IMG/VR virus record: IMGVR_UViG_3300042881_006586
Source: a virus
Direction: 5' to 3' (one strand)
Length of the DNA: 64,000 nucleotides
Positions within the stretch are counted from its first letter, which is position 1, and each line of letters begins with the position of its first letter. The notes below the pieces were generated by a model. It ran no database searches, was not told the origin of the DNA, and was given only the letters and a program-made list of their open reading frames with translations. A program made the position numbers and the translations under genes. Of the stretch, positions 51,101 through 60,753 are shown one piece after another.

Positions 51101-53997
51101 TTACAGATGTAAATAAAATCATCTTCTTAGGTACAAATCGTTTTACCGATGATGATACCCAAATTGCAGCCTTTAATGCTCAAAATAAAAGAGATTTATC
51201 TTCTTTTGTGACCGATATTATAACTCCTGTTTCAAAAGCAACAGGTTTTTCAATTGAAGATTTTTTAATCCCTACGAAATTTAAAGATGTCCATAGAAGT
51301 TTAGATAAAAAGACTTATGTTATAAAAGGGGATATAACAGATTTAATTTGGAAAGACGATGTTAAAGCTTCAATAAAGAAATTTCATAAATCAAAAACAA
51401 GTAATGACTTATTACCTGATAAATCTTATGCAGGTGTAATAATTTCTCAAATAAATGATTTATGTGTATTCGATGGTCAAAGAAACCCTTTAATAGATTT
51501 TGTAAGTACTCCTGATGTAAATTCTAAATATACAAATTTGTTAAGGAAGTATATTGGATTTGGACTTCTAAAAGGTGCAGATACAGACAAACTGCTTTTT
51601 AACCAATATTATTATGTAAATTCTAATATTAATGAAAAAGCTTATATGTTTCTTTTGACTATTCCTCTTGGAAATATTTTAGATTTTTATAAGATTTTGA
51701 ATATGGGAGGAATTTATAAGATGACTAAAATTCAATTGGCGTGGGTTGCATCTCAATTTTGGAGAGCTAAAATTTTAAGAGATGAAAATAGGGATGTTTT
51801 TGATAACATAATATTAAAAATAAGTAATTTAGTTGGAACTGATTCTACAGAATTACCTCCTGAACAAATTCAGATATATTTGAATGGATTGTTTGATTTA
51901 CAACGTTCTACAAGATATAATAATAATAATAATAATAATAATTTAAGCTATTTACCAAATCTTGATGATTATAGTGAAGTATTTATTCAAAAGCTTTCAA
52001 AATATTTTGAAGATTGGATAACTAATGACTTCTTCTATCCTTCAAATTATGCATTGTCAGATTTTAATGCTTCAAAAATAAAATTGGAAGATTATGTAAC
52101 ACAATATCATACTTTTTTCCTATTATCTGCAGAATCTCCTAATTCTAAAAATCATGAGGATTTTAAATTTTATTACAATAAAGTATTGGAAACTTTAATT
52201 GAGCCTGTTGATATTCATGTGAATGATATAAATGCTGTCAAAAAGACTTTGAAGAAAGAAGATATTTTATCACAAGATATTCTAAAACAATATTTAGTTC
52301 GTTGGATAGATACATACAAGTCTTTTGTAAATGAAGAGTTAAAGAATCCAAAAAAAGAAAATACTGCAAATACAGGAACTGAAACATTTTATACAACAGA
52401 TAAAGATACTAAAGTTGCAGTTTATAGACATTATAAAAATCTATATGATAAATGGATTGGTGGAACACTTGATGGAAGAGTTTATAATCTTTGTTCAAAT
52501 AGTGGCACTGCGCAAAGTGGAAGAAAGCTTATTGACAGATTCCATTTTGTGGATGCAGCATTTAATCCAATAGGAGATAAGGCTGTTATAGACCCTAAAG
52601 CTCTTATGAAGTTATCCACACAATCTTCTGAAGATTTTCATATATTCTTAGGTTCGTTGGCAAGAGATTCAAATTTTAATTTACATTCTTTACCATCATC
52701 TATTCATTATAAAACTCCACAAGATGGACTTGATATGTGGAAGCCTTATACCACTGCTAATGATGCAAATAGTGGTGCTGCTTATATTTTACAATATAGA
52801 GGTGGAAATTCAAAACATTTAGATTTAGGGAAAAAATCTCTTTATGTGAACGATGGATTTGATTTTAGAGAAACTGATATAGGAAAAATTCCTGATGCAT
52901 TCAAAAAAAGAATTCCTATGAATGCAAATAATGTTCCAAAGGATAAAGATAAATATAATTTGGTTATATTCCGTGTTGGATATGCAGACCAAAATCAATC
53001 AATATTTAAAAGTATTTCATTAAACCAATCAGAGCATAAAGAGACTGATGAATACTATAAAGCATTTGCAGATGCTGTTGATAATAGAGGTGGGACAAAA
53101 CCAATGTATAAAAAGGTAAATTTATATAATTTATTTGCTATAAGAAGTTATAAATGTAGTGTTACTTGTTTAGGTAACATGATGGTTAATGCATTAAATT
53201 ATTTCCAATTAGATAATGTTCCTTTTTTTCATGGAGCATATCAAATTGCTAAAGTAAGTCATAGTATTTCTGTACATAATATTGAAACTACCTTTGAAGG
53301 ATATAGAATGCCAAGATATACTTATCCTTTTATTGATAGTGTAATAGCCTATGTACAAATACCTCTTTCTGAAACACTGTTTAGCGGTGAAGCAAAAACA
53401 AAACCTGTTATTAGACCTTTAGGGGGAAAAAGTTATTCTGAAGCTGAAACAACAAGTCCTAATAGTACTAATTTGGTTGGTAGTGATAAACCTTTAAGGG
53501 ATGATTTAGAAAGTACTGTTAGTATAATGCATCCAAGTGTTCAAAGTACATTTAGAGCATTTTTTCAAGATGTTGAAACTATATTAGGTTATAAAATTGT
53601 ATATGTTTCTTCGTATAGAGGTTGGGCAGATAGCGTTAAAGTTTGGAATACGAATCCTGACGTACAAAAGTGTTGTAAACCTGGGCAGGATTACCATTTC
53701 TTCGGTCTTTCAGCAGATATAACTATATCAAAAGATAATAAAGTTTTAGGTTTAAATTCTTCGAAAAAAGATTGGGAAGCTACAGGTATTAGAGAAATTG
53801 CAAGAAAATATAAAATGAGATGGGGTATTGATTTTGCATTTGGTACTGTAGGAGACCCTATTCACTTTGATATACCTTTACACACTATGGCAGATTTGGT
53901 TAAACGTGCTATTGAAAAAAATGGCAGTTTAGAAAAAACTGAAGGAAATAAAATGGATTTTACAGGATTACCCGAAAATACATGGAAAATCGCATAA
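48124..53997 (+). CDS. baseplate hub protein with lysozyme-like and C-terminal M15 peptidase domains
   Basis: YPVFQLTVKGYYG, CLGNMM..YFQL..PFFHGAY hub motifs; SYR...HFFGLSAD...WG...DPIHFD. Confidence 0.7.
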   Translation: MAGFETISNENFFTVVVDPNGLNKENVRHEDLFIFVDFRAMPKSRSIVETDGTISNDVFNSKGISFIASTTQNGKEYLTTNYTNIGGKQMQEKEAFGIDNIKIEFGKDLAPIVQMKFLDARGAGLFNGYETVDEKGVLSNDSYFSTFFSLPYPVFQLTVKGYYGKAITYCLNLMKWNITFNADKGDFEIDATFQGFTFAFLADILMSHVIAITTSEIGQEALKKEGVISITDLVGRLGKLTQISEDFKKSSSSYEELKFVNSLLLDRIDKIIEVVGQPMTKSNFSTFGNKLPIPQLKLNTDQIFVRDVGVISEEKSDILKIIIEDLDKYIKEYNDFIKTNLTKYSYGNQYKIDDFNINIPAISYLIDDSSTNKIITEALKDGLSADPNITTTGALRSRLGLAEDSKKKFFIIDFHPFRKELAEIKDELTKKKNELEKKVNEELNANIENQIGLKLNIQNVFNILTGNIDAYLKVIYDHARAADNPDIQKERVKALRSGKNDINDGVNRVYPFPAVFDSKEDKEIWIGDIVGEDNPYFPEINLVRTTINSFITSNGKSANKNTTDNSKNTVGISGDSWIPVNPTDYSPIPYETINKLNFNGNQIPTELATEIVKRATNAYNKTGHRESTFNLFSQFEAAFSFSKTTESVIKNIINNTDSNTFADSVINSASTGTDVTVNNTTVTKNTKVETTDNTTVTTTTTQTVTVIETVEPVLVLPDDYIKYILSFEKAYNYPNYGLNASDPNGSYGTSFPNNKIPSNFTENDAINLYKSAFYIPFLTDVPEGLVPILLDICVNQVDPLGMLLAAAYNLSENGAIPIPLSTVRVIWFGKSEGLYIVPQNTIPFPSQYTTTSSYSYFQTYKTAIIALYNANPKALIDELSKVRLMYYSQTNGKEKISRNKVTFFNEWSIRTFAMAQFAKDISINKAQEYNYYHGINSEFYKRGSNFSFELKSAKDSEESSIWFNKVANTATPYLSNVNPELNTNKNVNTTLPVTDVNKIIFLGTNRFTDDDTQIAAFNAQNKRDLSSFVTDIITPVSKATGFSIEDFLIPTKFKDVHRSLDKKTYVIKGDITDLIWKDDVKASIKKFHKSKTSNDLLPDKSYAGVIISQINDLCVFDGQRNPLIDFVSTPDVNSKYTNLLRKYIGFGLLKGADTDKLLFNQYYYVNSNINEKAYMFLLTIPLGNILDFYKILNMGGIYKMTKIQLAWVASQFWRAKILRDENRDVFDNIILKISNLVGTDSTELPPEQIQIYLNGLFDLQRSTRYNNNNNNNNLSYLPNLDDYSEVFIQKLSKYFEDWITNDFFYPSNYALSDFNASKIKLEDYVTQYHTFFLLSAESPNSKNHEDFKFYYNKVLETLIEPVDIHVNDINAVKKTLKKEDILSQDILKQYLVRWIDTYKSFVNEELKNPKKENTANTGTETFYTTDKDTKVAVYRHYKNLYDKWIGGTLDGRVYNLCSNSGTAQSGRKLIDRFHFVDAAFNPIGDKAVIDPKALMKLSTQSSEDFHIFLGSLARDSNFNLHSLPSSIHYKTPQDGLDMWKPYTTANDANSGAAYILQYRGGNSKHLDLGKKSLYVNDGFDFRETDIGKIPDAFKKRIPMNANNVPKDKDKYNLVIFRVGYADQNQSIFKSISLNQSEHKETDEYYKAFADAVDNRGGTKPMYKKVNLYNLFAIRSYKCSVTCLGNMMVNALNYFQLDNVPFFHGAYQIAKVSHSISVHNIETTFEGYRMPRYTYPFIDSVIAYVQIPLSETLFSGEAKTKPVIRPLGGKSYSEAETTSPNSTNLVGSDKPLRDDLESTVSIMHPSVQSTFRAFFQDVETILGYKIVYVSSYRGWADSVKVWNTNPDVQKCCKPGQDYHFFGLSADITISKDNKVLGLNSSKKDWEATGIREIARKYKMRWGIDFAFGTVGDPIHFDIPLHTMADLVKRAIEKNGSLEKTEGNKMDFTGLPENTWKIA

Positions 53998-54006
53998 AAA
54001 TATTAT

Positions 54007-54861
54007 ATGAATACACTAAAATTTTCAGATATAAATGTTAAGGATTTTAACAATTTGTTAAAAACGAATTTTAATCCTAATTCCCCTAAAAAATATAATA
54101 CAACCTCATACCAAAGTTTTGCATGGGCTAAAAGTGCTTTAAATGAACTTGGGATTACTTTTGATGATAGTATAAATTCTGCTTGGGCATTATTCTCTAA
54201 ATTGGATGATATTAATATGAGATATATTAAAAAGGCTAAATTTAGAGAAGGTATTCAAAACGGATTTGATAATAATACTCTTGCAAAAATTATTCCTAAT
54301 GGTTCAATTGTATTTGGTTACTTTGTAGGTAATCCTTATGTGTTTAGGTCGATAGATGAAATGTTTTCTTTAAATCTAAGTTTAGGAATCATTAAACAGC
54401 TTTTTTTAAAACCTTATTTGAAATTAGATGATATACCAAATGTAAACGAAGATACAAATGATTTTGGATGGTATGATTCAACTCCTATTAGTCAAATGAA
54501 ATTTTCTGAAGAAGGGTTTAAAACAAAATGGGATAAAGTTAAAAATAAAAATCTTATTGGCAAAAAACTACCTTTTGTCCCTATCAACCATATTGGTATA
54601 TTTGCAAATGGTCATTTATTGCATTATTGTTCAGATATTTTAGTAGAACCATCAGATTCTTTAAGAATTGTTGCGTATTATGATTTTAAAACCTTATTTT
54701 TGTTGGATGCCACAAAACGTTTTGGAAAGTCTGCAGTGGATTTAGCAAATAATGTAAGAGGATTTACTGATACTGCTAATAATTTGCAAAGTAGTGAAAG
54801 TCTTACTAACTTAAAAGACATTTCAGATATTATTAATATAGCTAAAAAATTTAACGTTTGA
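54007..54861 (+). CDS. hypothetical protein, possibly degenerate papain/NlpC-like fold
   Basis: GSIVFG ... NHIGIF..G..LH. Confidence 0.4.
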   Translation: MNTLKFSDINVKDFNNLLKTNFNPNSPKKYNTTSYQSFAWAKSALNELGITFDDSINSAWALFSKLDDINMRYIKKAKFREGIQNGFDNNTLAKIIPNGSIVFGYFVGNPYVFRSIDEMFSLNLSLGIIKQLFLKPYLKLDDIPNVNEDTNDFGWYDSTPISQMKFSEEGFKTKWDKVKNKNLIGKKLPFVPINHIGIFANGHLLHYCSDILVEPSDSLRIVAYYDFKTLFLLDATKRFGKSAVDLANNVRGFTDTANNLQSSESLTNLKDISDIINIAKKFNV

Positions 54862-55373
54862 TGAAAATTGGTAACATTTATAATTATGGGTTTGATATAC
54901 CTGATTTTTTTAATAACGTTAAAGAAATCCATAATGAACAAATGACTTTAATAGTAGGATGGAAAAATACTAAACAGCTTTATCCTGAAATGTCAATTTT
55001 GAATTGGAAAATAAGTGATAATATTTATTGGACAGTTGAACCTAATGAGGATAAAATCATATTTGAAAAAAATCTAATCAACTTCAAAAATGTTTGTATA
55101 AATAAAATAGTGAGTCAATATGATTATAATTACATAGATTTACTACTGAATCCTAATCCACAGCTTGATTTGAGTCCACAAACAATTATACTTTTGAGAA
55201 ATAATATATTCTATATAAAGAACTTCAAAAATATATATGGTATATCATTAGAATTAAGTACCCATCTTAATTACAGCTTAAAAAATAAACTTTTTAACCA
55301 AAAAGTGGAAATCGAAGATGAAATTCAAGAAAAATTTGATATCGAAGATAGATTTTTAGTGTGTTTTTTATAA
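54861..55373 (+). CDS. hypothetical protein
   Basis: ORF with TLIVGW motif, coupled to the previous gene. Confidence 0.55.
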   Translation: MKIGNIYNYGFDIPDFFNNVKEIHNEQMTLIVGWKNTKQLYPEMSILNWKISDNIYWTVEPNEDKIIFEKNLINFKNVCINKIVSQYDYNYIDLLLNPNPQLDLSPQTIILLRNNIFYIKNFKNIYGISLELSTHLNYSLKNKLFNQKVEIEDEIQEKFDIEDRFLVCFL

Positions 55374-55419
55374 GTCTTTGATATTTATAATAAACAATTA
55401 ACAGTTAAAAAATAAAAAA

Positions 55420-55566
55420 ATGGCTTGCACTTCAACTATTGGTCGTGTTTTTCCTTATGGATTATGCGTTACTCCTGATAAAAGAACTAACTACAAATAC
55501 CCTCAAGATGTACCATCTTTGAATGCAGTTGCATTATTTAGAAATAAGTATGGATTTAACCTGTAA
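55420..55566 (+). CDS. 48-aa small protein below the ORF-track cutoff (MACTSTIGRVFPYGLC...YGFNL)
   Basis: open frame after ATATTTATA at 55381 and an A-rich leader; stop 4 nt before the next ATG. Confidence 0.65.
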   Translation: MACTSTIGRVFPYGLCVTPDKRTNYKYPQDVPSLNAVALFRNKYGFNL

Positions 55567-55570
55567 AATT

Positions 55571-55747
55571 ATGGAAAAGGAAAAAATAGAAGCAGCATTT
55601 GATAACTTTTTGAATCCTGAAGGAACAAAAGAAGAAACTAAGACTGCTACAGTAAAAAGTAAAAAAATTAACAAAAAATCTAACGAAATCATCGAACATG
55701 TTGAAAAGAAACTTGTCGTTGAGGATGGAAGAGAATTACTACTCTAA
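55571..55747 (+). CDS. small hypothetical protein (MEKEKIE...EDGRELLL)
   Basis: internal ATG of the track ORF, following the 48-aa ORF. Confidence 0.6.
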   Translation: MEKEKIEAAFDNFLNPEGTKEETKTATVKSKKINKKSNEIIEHVEKKLVVEDGRELLL

Positions 55748-55748
55748 T

Positions 55749-56474
55749 ATGCGAAATTTAGACATTGACAAAATAAGCAAAAGATTGTTCGTTATTTCCG
55801 AATACGGTGTTCGTGAAAGCATGTATAATCCATTTAAAGATGAAACTTTAACTGAACAAGACGCAGACCCAACTGCTGAAGATACAGCATTAGCAGGTGA
55901 GCTTGATGCAATTACTGCAGGAGCTACACCTCCTGCCGAAGGTGCAGCTCCTATGCCTGATATGGGTGCAGCTCCTATGCCTGATATGGGTGCAGCTCCT
56001 ATGCCTGATATGAGTGCAACAGGTGGAACTGAAGAAGATGAGGTTGAAGTAGATGTTACAGATATTGTCAGTGGAGTAAAAAAAGCAGAAGATACTGTTG
56101 AAGAATTAGATGACAAAGTTGAAGGTTTAGGAAGTCAAGTAAATGATTATATTGAGAAACTTCTTCAAGCAAATGAAACTTTATTAAACAAAGTAAGTGA
56201 ATTGGAAAAAAACATGAACAAGCAATTTGTTCAAAGAACACCAACTCCTTATGAGCAGTTAATGCTTCGTTCAATGTCATCTTATCCTTATACTCAACAG
56301 TTGACAGATTATTGGGCAAATGGTACAAATAAAGATATGTATATTTCTAATAAGACTTTAAAGCAATCTGAAGAAGAGGAAAATATGGAAGACGAAACTC
56401 CAAAGGAATACAATTTGACTTATAAGGATATTAATGACACTTTTTCTGACGTTGATGTTAGAAAAACTTTTTAA
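55749..56474 (+). CDS. acidic coiled-coil protein, possibly head scaffold/core-like
   Basis: ISE/VRE/LTE motifs, Pro-Ala linker, EVEVDVTDIV, coiled coil. Confidence 0.5.
   Translation: MRNLDIDKISKRLFVISEYGVRESMYNPFKDETLTEQDADPTAEDTALAGELDAITAGATPPAEGAAPMPDMGAAPMPDMGAAPMPDMSATGGTEEDEVEVDVTDIVSGVKKAEDTVEELDDKVEGLGSQVNDYIEKLLQANETLLNKVSELEKNMNKQFVQRTPTPYEQLMLRSMSSYPYTQQLTDYWANGTNKDMYISNKTLKQSEEEENMEDETPKEYNLTYKDINDTFSDVDVRKTF
55941..56012 (+). repeat. 3 x 24-bp perfect tandem repeat (GAAPMPDM)
   Basis: ggtgcagctcctatgcctgatatg x3. Confidence 0.95.
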
Positions 56475-56492
56475 AAAAAATATTAGTTTTTA

Positions 56493-56524
56493 TTGCAACT
56501 TAATAAAAAAAATCATTACCTTTG
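56493..56524 (+). promoter_or_regulatory. Bacteroidota-type promoter
   Basis: TTG-21nt-TACCTTTG. Confidence 0.55.
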
Positions 56525-56575
56525 TGATGATTATACTACTTAACAATTATAAACAACTTAAATTTTTTACAACTT

Positions 56576-57688
56576 ATGGCTTTAGGAAATCCAAATGCTA
56601 CAAAAGGTAGCAAAAAAAATGAATCCCCTTTCAAAGGGTTTGAAAACTACAATGTTCAAGTTTATACAAAGAACGGAGATAACTTTTTCAAAGTTGAACG
56701 CAGTTTCATCATGAATGCGCCAACCGAAGATTACTTTGAAAATGAAGAAGATTTTCTCCGTGCAGAAGCTGAACATAAAAAGTTGATGAATAAGTACAAT
56801 AAGCACCTATCTAAATGGCTCGAAAATCCTACAGATAGAGAGAATGCTTACTACTTAAAACAGCACGAAAGAAACATGAGAATTTTATCTGAAAACGATG
56901 GTAAAGTTGCTTATGGCACATTTCCTGCTGATGCCCCCACAGTTTCAAGTTTAGATGGTGTTATTTATAACATGTCACAAAAACTTGACATCATTGTTTC
57001 AACTAATCAAAAAACTGAAAAGTTGTATTTTGATATGGTTGATTTCAATAACAAACAAATCTATAGAATCAACTCATCTTTCTCAACTGCAACTCGCAAT
57101 TGGCTTGATTGTATTATGAGACTTGATTCTTTAAAAACTCCAATTCAATTGAAATTTGAAACAGAAATGAAACCTGAAACAAATTTCAAAGAACCAAAAA
57201 TGAAAGATGGTAAACCTATTATCTCTGCAGTAATGATGAGTGAATTTAGGGATGGTTACTATCGTAAAAAAGTAAAACCTTTATACTACAACTACGATAA
57301 AGACCGCAACCACCTTTGCGAAGAGGGTGATGCAAAAGAATACAATGATGCACTTCAATTTGCAATCAAAAAAGGTTTCAATGGAGATATCATTCAGTTT
57401 TTTGTAGAAAAGGCTAATAATCTTATAATTCCAAGTCTTCAAAAGGAAATGAAATCTTTCTTTAGAGAAATGGGATTCGAAGTTGAATATCTGAAAAATG
57501 ATAAAATTGGATTGTTTGTTCCAAATTTCAAAAAAGAAGGTTCTGATGATTCTGATGAAGATTTTGAAGATTTCACTCCAACAAAAAATGAAGTATTGGA
57601 AACTCCAAAGGATACTGTAGTTGAAAAAGGAGTTAAGAAATCCAAAAAAGCTTCCTCTTCTGCAGATGATGAAGACCTACCGTTTTAA
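56576..57688 (+). CDS. probable single-stranded DNA-binding protein
   Basis: acidic tail ending DDEDLPF; heads the replication block. Confidence 0.5.
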   Translation: MALGNPNATKGSKKNESPFKGFENYNVQVYTKNGDNFFKVERSFIMNAPTEDYFENEEDFLRAEAEHKKLMNKYNKHLSKWLENPTDRENAYYLKQHERNMRILSENDGKVAYGTFPADAPTVSSLDGVIYNMSQKLDIIVSTNQKTEKLYFDMVDFNNKQIYRINSSFSTATRNWLDCIMRLDSLKTPIQLKFETEMKPETNFKEPKMKDGKPIISAVMMSEFRDGYYRKKVKPLYYNYDKDRNHLCEEGDAKEYNDALQFAIKKGFNGDIIQFFVEKANNLIIPSLQKEMKSFFREMGFEVEYLKNDKIGLFVPNFKKEGSDDSDEDFEDFTPTKNEVLETPKDTVVEKGVKKSKKASSSADDEDLPF

Positions 57689-57711
57689 TTCATGAATTTT
57701 TAACTAACCAC

Positions 57712-57739
57712 GCTCACCTCATCTTCGAGGTGAGCTTTT
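57712..57739 (+). terminator. intrinsic terminator
   Basis: GCTCACCTC-6nt-GAGGTGAGC-TTTT. Confidence 0.8.
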
Positions 57740-57753
57740 AAATTTTTCTTATT

Positions 57754-58260
57754 ATGTCATTATATGAAATAAATAATCAACTCCTAAGAGGAAAAAGTCT
57801 TGCTGATGGAGATTTTAGTAACAAAGTACTCGAAACTTTAATAAACATTTTTGAAGAAGCTGCAAACTATAATGATAAAGTTATGCACAATTCAGATTCT
57901 GATTTAGATTATATTTCTGCAGACGAAATGGGTGTCGCTGCTTATATCACAACCGTAGGAATGGCAAAATCAATTGCAAAATCTGTTCTTGAGAACAAAC
58001 TTTCAGTTGCAGATGAAAATTGGAGAAAGAATAATTTGAGCGATTATAAACAATCTTCAAAATCTTCAACCATTCATATGAATAACTTGAGAGGTTTAAC
58101 TGAAATTATGCCCTTCAATCAAATAAATGAGCTTCTCACGACACTTTATTACGATTTGAACACTAAGTTCAAGGCATTGCAATCTATTGCCTCAAATCGA
58201 AAATTTGAAATCGAAAAAGGTTTGGTAGAATATACTATTAGAAAAAGAATTACTAAATAG
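57754..58260 (+). CDS. hypothetical helical protein
   Basis: 168 aa ORF. Confidence 0.6.
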   Translation: MSLYEINNQLLRGKSLADGDFSNKVLETLINIFEEAANYNDKVMHNSDSDLDYISADEMGVAAYITTVGMAKSIAKSVLENKLSVADENWRKNNLSDYKQSSKSSTIHMNNLRGLTEIMPFNQINELLTTLYYDLNTKFKALQSIASNRKFEIEKGLVEYTIRKRITK

Positions 58261-58265
58261 TATTA

Positions 58266-58281
58266 TGTTCCACGTGGAACA
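58266..58281. promoter_or_regulatory. parS: parS-like palindrome
   Basis: TGTTCCACGTGGAACA, perfect 16-bp intergenic palindrome fitting the bacterial parS consensus. Confidence 0.75.
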
Positions 58282-58311
58282 ATTATTCAATAACTATTAA
58301 AAATAAAAATT

Positions 58312-58557
58312 ATGTTAGCAGAAATATTAGAAAAATATCCTGATGAAGAATTCCTTTCTGCTGATGGGTTTAATAATGCCATATTAGGTGTAGAAGAAAA
58401 ATCTATGAGGCTTATTTACTCTATAGCCAAATGTATAGAAATTCTAATGGAAGATATGTCAGAAGAAGAGGCTTTTGAATATTTTGATTACAATGTTAGT
58501 GGAGCTTACATGGGAGAAAAAACTCCAATTTGGTGCGATGACATTTTAAACTTCTAA
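58312..58557 (+). CDS. small phage protein of unknown function
   Basis: ADGFNNAILG...EAFEYFDYNVSGAYMGEKTP. Confidence 0.65.
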   Translation: MLAEILEKYPDEEFLSADGFNNAILGVEEKSMRLIYSIAKCIEILMEDMSEEEAFEYFDYNVSGAYMGEKTPIWCDDILNF

Positions 58558-58558
58558 T

Positions 58559-59608
58559 ATGAAAACTTTATTGGTCGATGGTAATTCTTTATTAAAAAAT
58601 TCATTTGAAGCAACGATTTCTACTGAAGAATATAAAAAGAATTTCAATGGAATCTATTTGTTTCTTTTGAAATTGAGGATTATTCTTGATTCAGATTCAT
58701 ACTCTCATTTAAAAATAGTTTTTGATGGAGAAAAAAGTGGTTCTTTGAGAAGGGAAGTTTATCCTGAGTATAAATTAAAAAGACATACAAAGGAAAAAAC
58801 TGAATTTGAAAAAGAAAAATCTTTTAAATTTAATTATCAAAAAACTGCTTTAAAAGAATATCTATCATATTTCTGCAATGTTTATGAAGATAAATGTGTT
58901 GAAGCTGATGATATCATAGCCGAATATATTAGAAGAAAATCTTCAAATGAAAGAGTTACAATAGTAACAGGTGATTTTGACATATTAAGCCAAATCTCTT
59001 CAATGGTTGACATCTATTACTTAAACAAGTCTTTTAAATATAAAACAAGAGTAGTTGAAAGATATGAAAAAGAAGGGATAAGAAAAAATTTGATAATAGA
59101 CCATAAAAATTTCAAAAAAATATTTGGATTTCCTTATGAAAATATTATATTAATAAAAACAATCTGTGGTGACAATTCAGATGAGATAAAAAATGTAAAA
59201 GGTGTAAAAGAAACAAGTTTATTTAATTGCTTCCCTGACATTCAAAAGAAGCCTCTTAAAATAGAAGATATTTTAGAACAATGTAAGATTATTAACGAAT
59301 CAGATACAACAGTTCTAAAGAAAATAAAACAAAATATTTTAGAAGGAATTACTGATGGATTACAAGGGAAAGATATATTGAAAATAAACAGTAGAATTGT
59401 AGACCTCTCAAATGAAGAATTTATCACAGAAGAATGTATTAATAATTTGAATGAAATTGGTTTTTTCTCTAAAGAAAAGTTTGTTCCTAAAGATTCAACT
59501 TTGATGGTAGAAAAAATGAAAGAAAGCGGATTATTAGATTTTATTAATTACAAGTCAAAAAATATCAAATATTTTTTTAAACCCTTTTTAAAAACATTTA
59601 ATAAATGA
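58559..59608 (+). CDS. 5'-3' exonuclease / RNase H (T4 Rnh/FEN-like)
   Basis: LLVDGNSL, VFDG, RREVYPEYK, EADDII, TGDFD, GDNSD. Confidence 0.9.
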   Translation: MKTLLVDGNSLLKNSFEATISTEEYKKNFNGIYLFLLKLRIILDSDSYSHLKIVFDGEKSGSLRREVYPEYKLKRHTKEKTEFEKEKSFKFNYQKTALKEYLSYFCNVYEDKCVEADDIIAEYIRRKSSNERVTIVTGDFDILSQISSMVDIYYLNKSFKYKTRVVERYEKEGIRKNLIIDHKNFKKIFGFPYENIILIKTICGDNSDEIKNVKGVKETSLFNCFPDIQKKPLKIEDILEQCKIINESDTTVLKKIKQNILEGITDGLQGKDILKINSRIVDLSNEEFITEECINNLNEIGFFSKEKFVPKDSTLMVEKMKESGLLDFINYKSKNIKYFFKPFLKTFNK

Positions 59609-60723
59609 GAGATTACTCAAGAAAACCGAATCGTTTTACTTTTAAATTACTTTATAATAACGAGGTAGTAACTGCAACAGATAATTATGGAAATATCAGA
59701 CCTGCAGAAAGACATTTTGATTCTCCTTTTTTCGAACCTTATAATCTAAATCCTTTCTTGGATAAGAAAATTTCTTTAAGAGATGGTGAAACTGCAATGG
59801 ATTATTTGAAATATACAAAACTGTTTGAAAATTCATGGGAATCAGTTGAACTCGGAGAAGCTGTTTCTGATATCTTCAGATTGATTTTGAGACATGGTAC
59901 AGAGCAATATCTTTATGATATGCAACGTAATGAAAAATCGATTATAATGGGGCAAATTATGGCTGTCAAAGATGCTTCCAAAAAGATAAAAGTTGAAAGC
60001 GATGCAACTCAGGATTATGAAGCTTATAAAAGTGAAATTGATAAGTGGGCTAATAGTAAGAAAAATACTTACACTTTTGTAGTTATCGACAAGAAATCCC
60101 CTATCAGAAATCAAAAAGGCTATTTCTATGATTTGAAAGAACTTGCCAATTCTGTAGATGTACTACATGAAAAAATGAAATTTGGTAAACTAACTGAAGA
60201 GGAAGAAATCACACTTTCAAATAATGAAGCAAAATTAGCTGCTCATTATATAGAAAAAGAAATTTTCAGATATTCAATCAGTGCAGATGATTTTTCTTAC
60301 AATGGAAAAGATTTCACTCCTCCGATTGCAATTATTTGGAAGGATTTCAATATTAAATTTCAATCCTCTTATGAAGATGGAAAAGGTTCTTTGGAATACC
60401 GTGATATTGGCGAATTCTCAAAGATTAGCGAACAGCACACAAACATGAAATTCAGAATTGAAACGCTGAAAAAATATATAAGTGAAATTGAAGATTCAGG
60501 AGATAATATCAAAATTGCTTCTATTGAAAAAGATGTTAGAAGATTGGAATCTGAAATGTTCAAATTGGAAAAAATCTATTTCAAAGGAATCAGAACTCTT
60601 GTCAAAGAATATTTGAATATGGATGATTATGAAAATCGTTTTTTAAATATTCGTGAAAAAAATTGTAACTATTTTGTCAATAGTTCTGAAAGAGAAATAA
60701 GTAGAGAAGCCATGTTATTGTAA
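59605..60723 (+). CDS. hypothetical protein
   Basis: 372 aa ORF. Confidence 0.65.
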   Translation: MRDYSRKPNRFTFKLLYNNEVVTATDNYGNIRPAERHFDSPFFEPYNLNPFLDKKISLRDGETAMDYLKYTKLFENSWESVELGEAVSDIFRLILRHGTEQYLYDMQRNEKSIIMGQIMAVKDASKKIKVESDATQDYEAYKSEIDKWANSKKNTYTFVVIDKKSPIRNQKGYFYDLKELANSVDVLHEKMKFGKLTEEEEITLSNNEAKLAAHYIEKEIFRYSISADDFSYNGKDFTPPIAIIWKDFNIKFQSSYEDGKGSLEYRDIGEFSKISEQHTNMKFRIETLKKYISEIEDSGDNIKIASIEKDVRRLESEMFKLEKIYFKGIRTLVKEYLNMDDYENRFLNIREKNCNYFVNSSEREISREAMLL

Positions 60724-60753
60724 TTTTTTTTAATTGTATTTTATATTTTCTTG

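Noticed and set aside
51918-51941. (AAT)n microsatellite as a phase-variation switch
   Set aside because: It is an in-frame triplet repeat giving poly-Asn and cannot shift frame; such runs are common in AT-rich DNA
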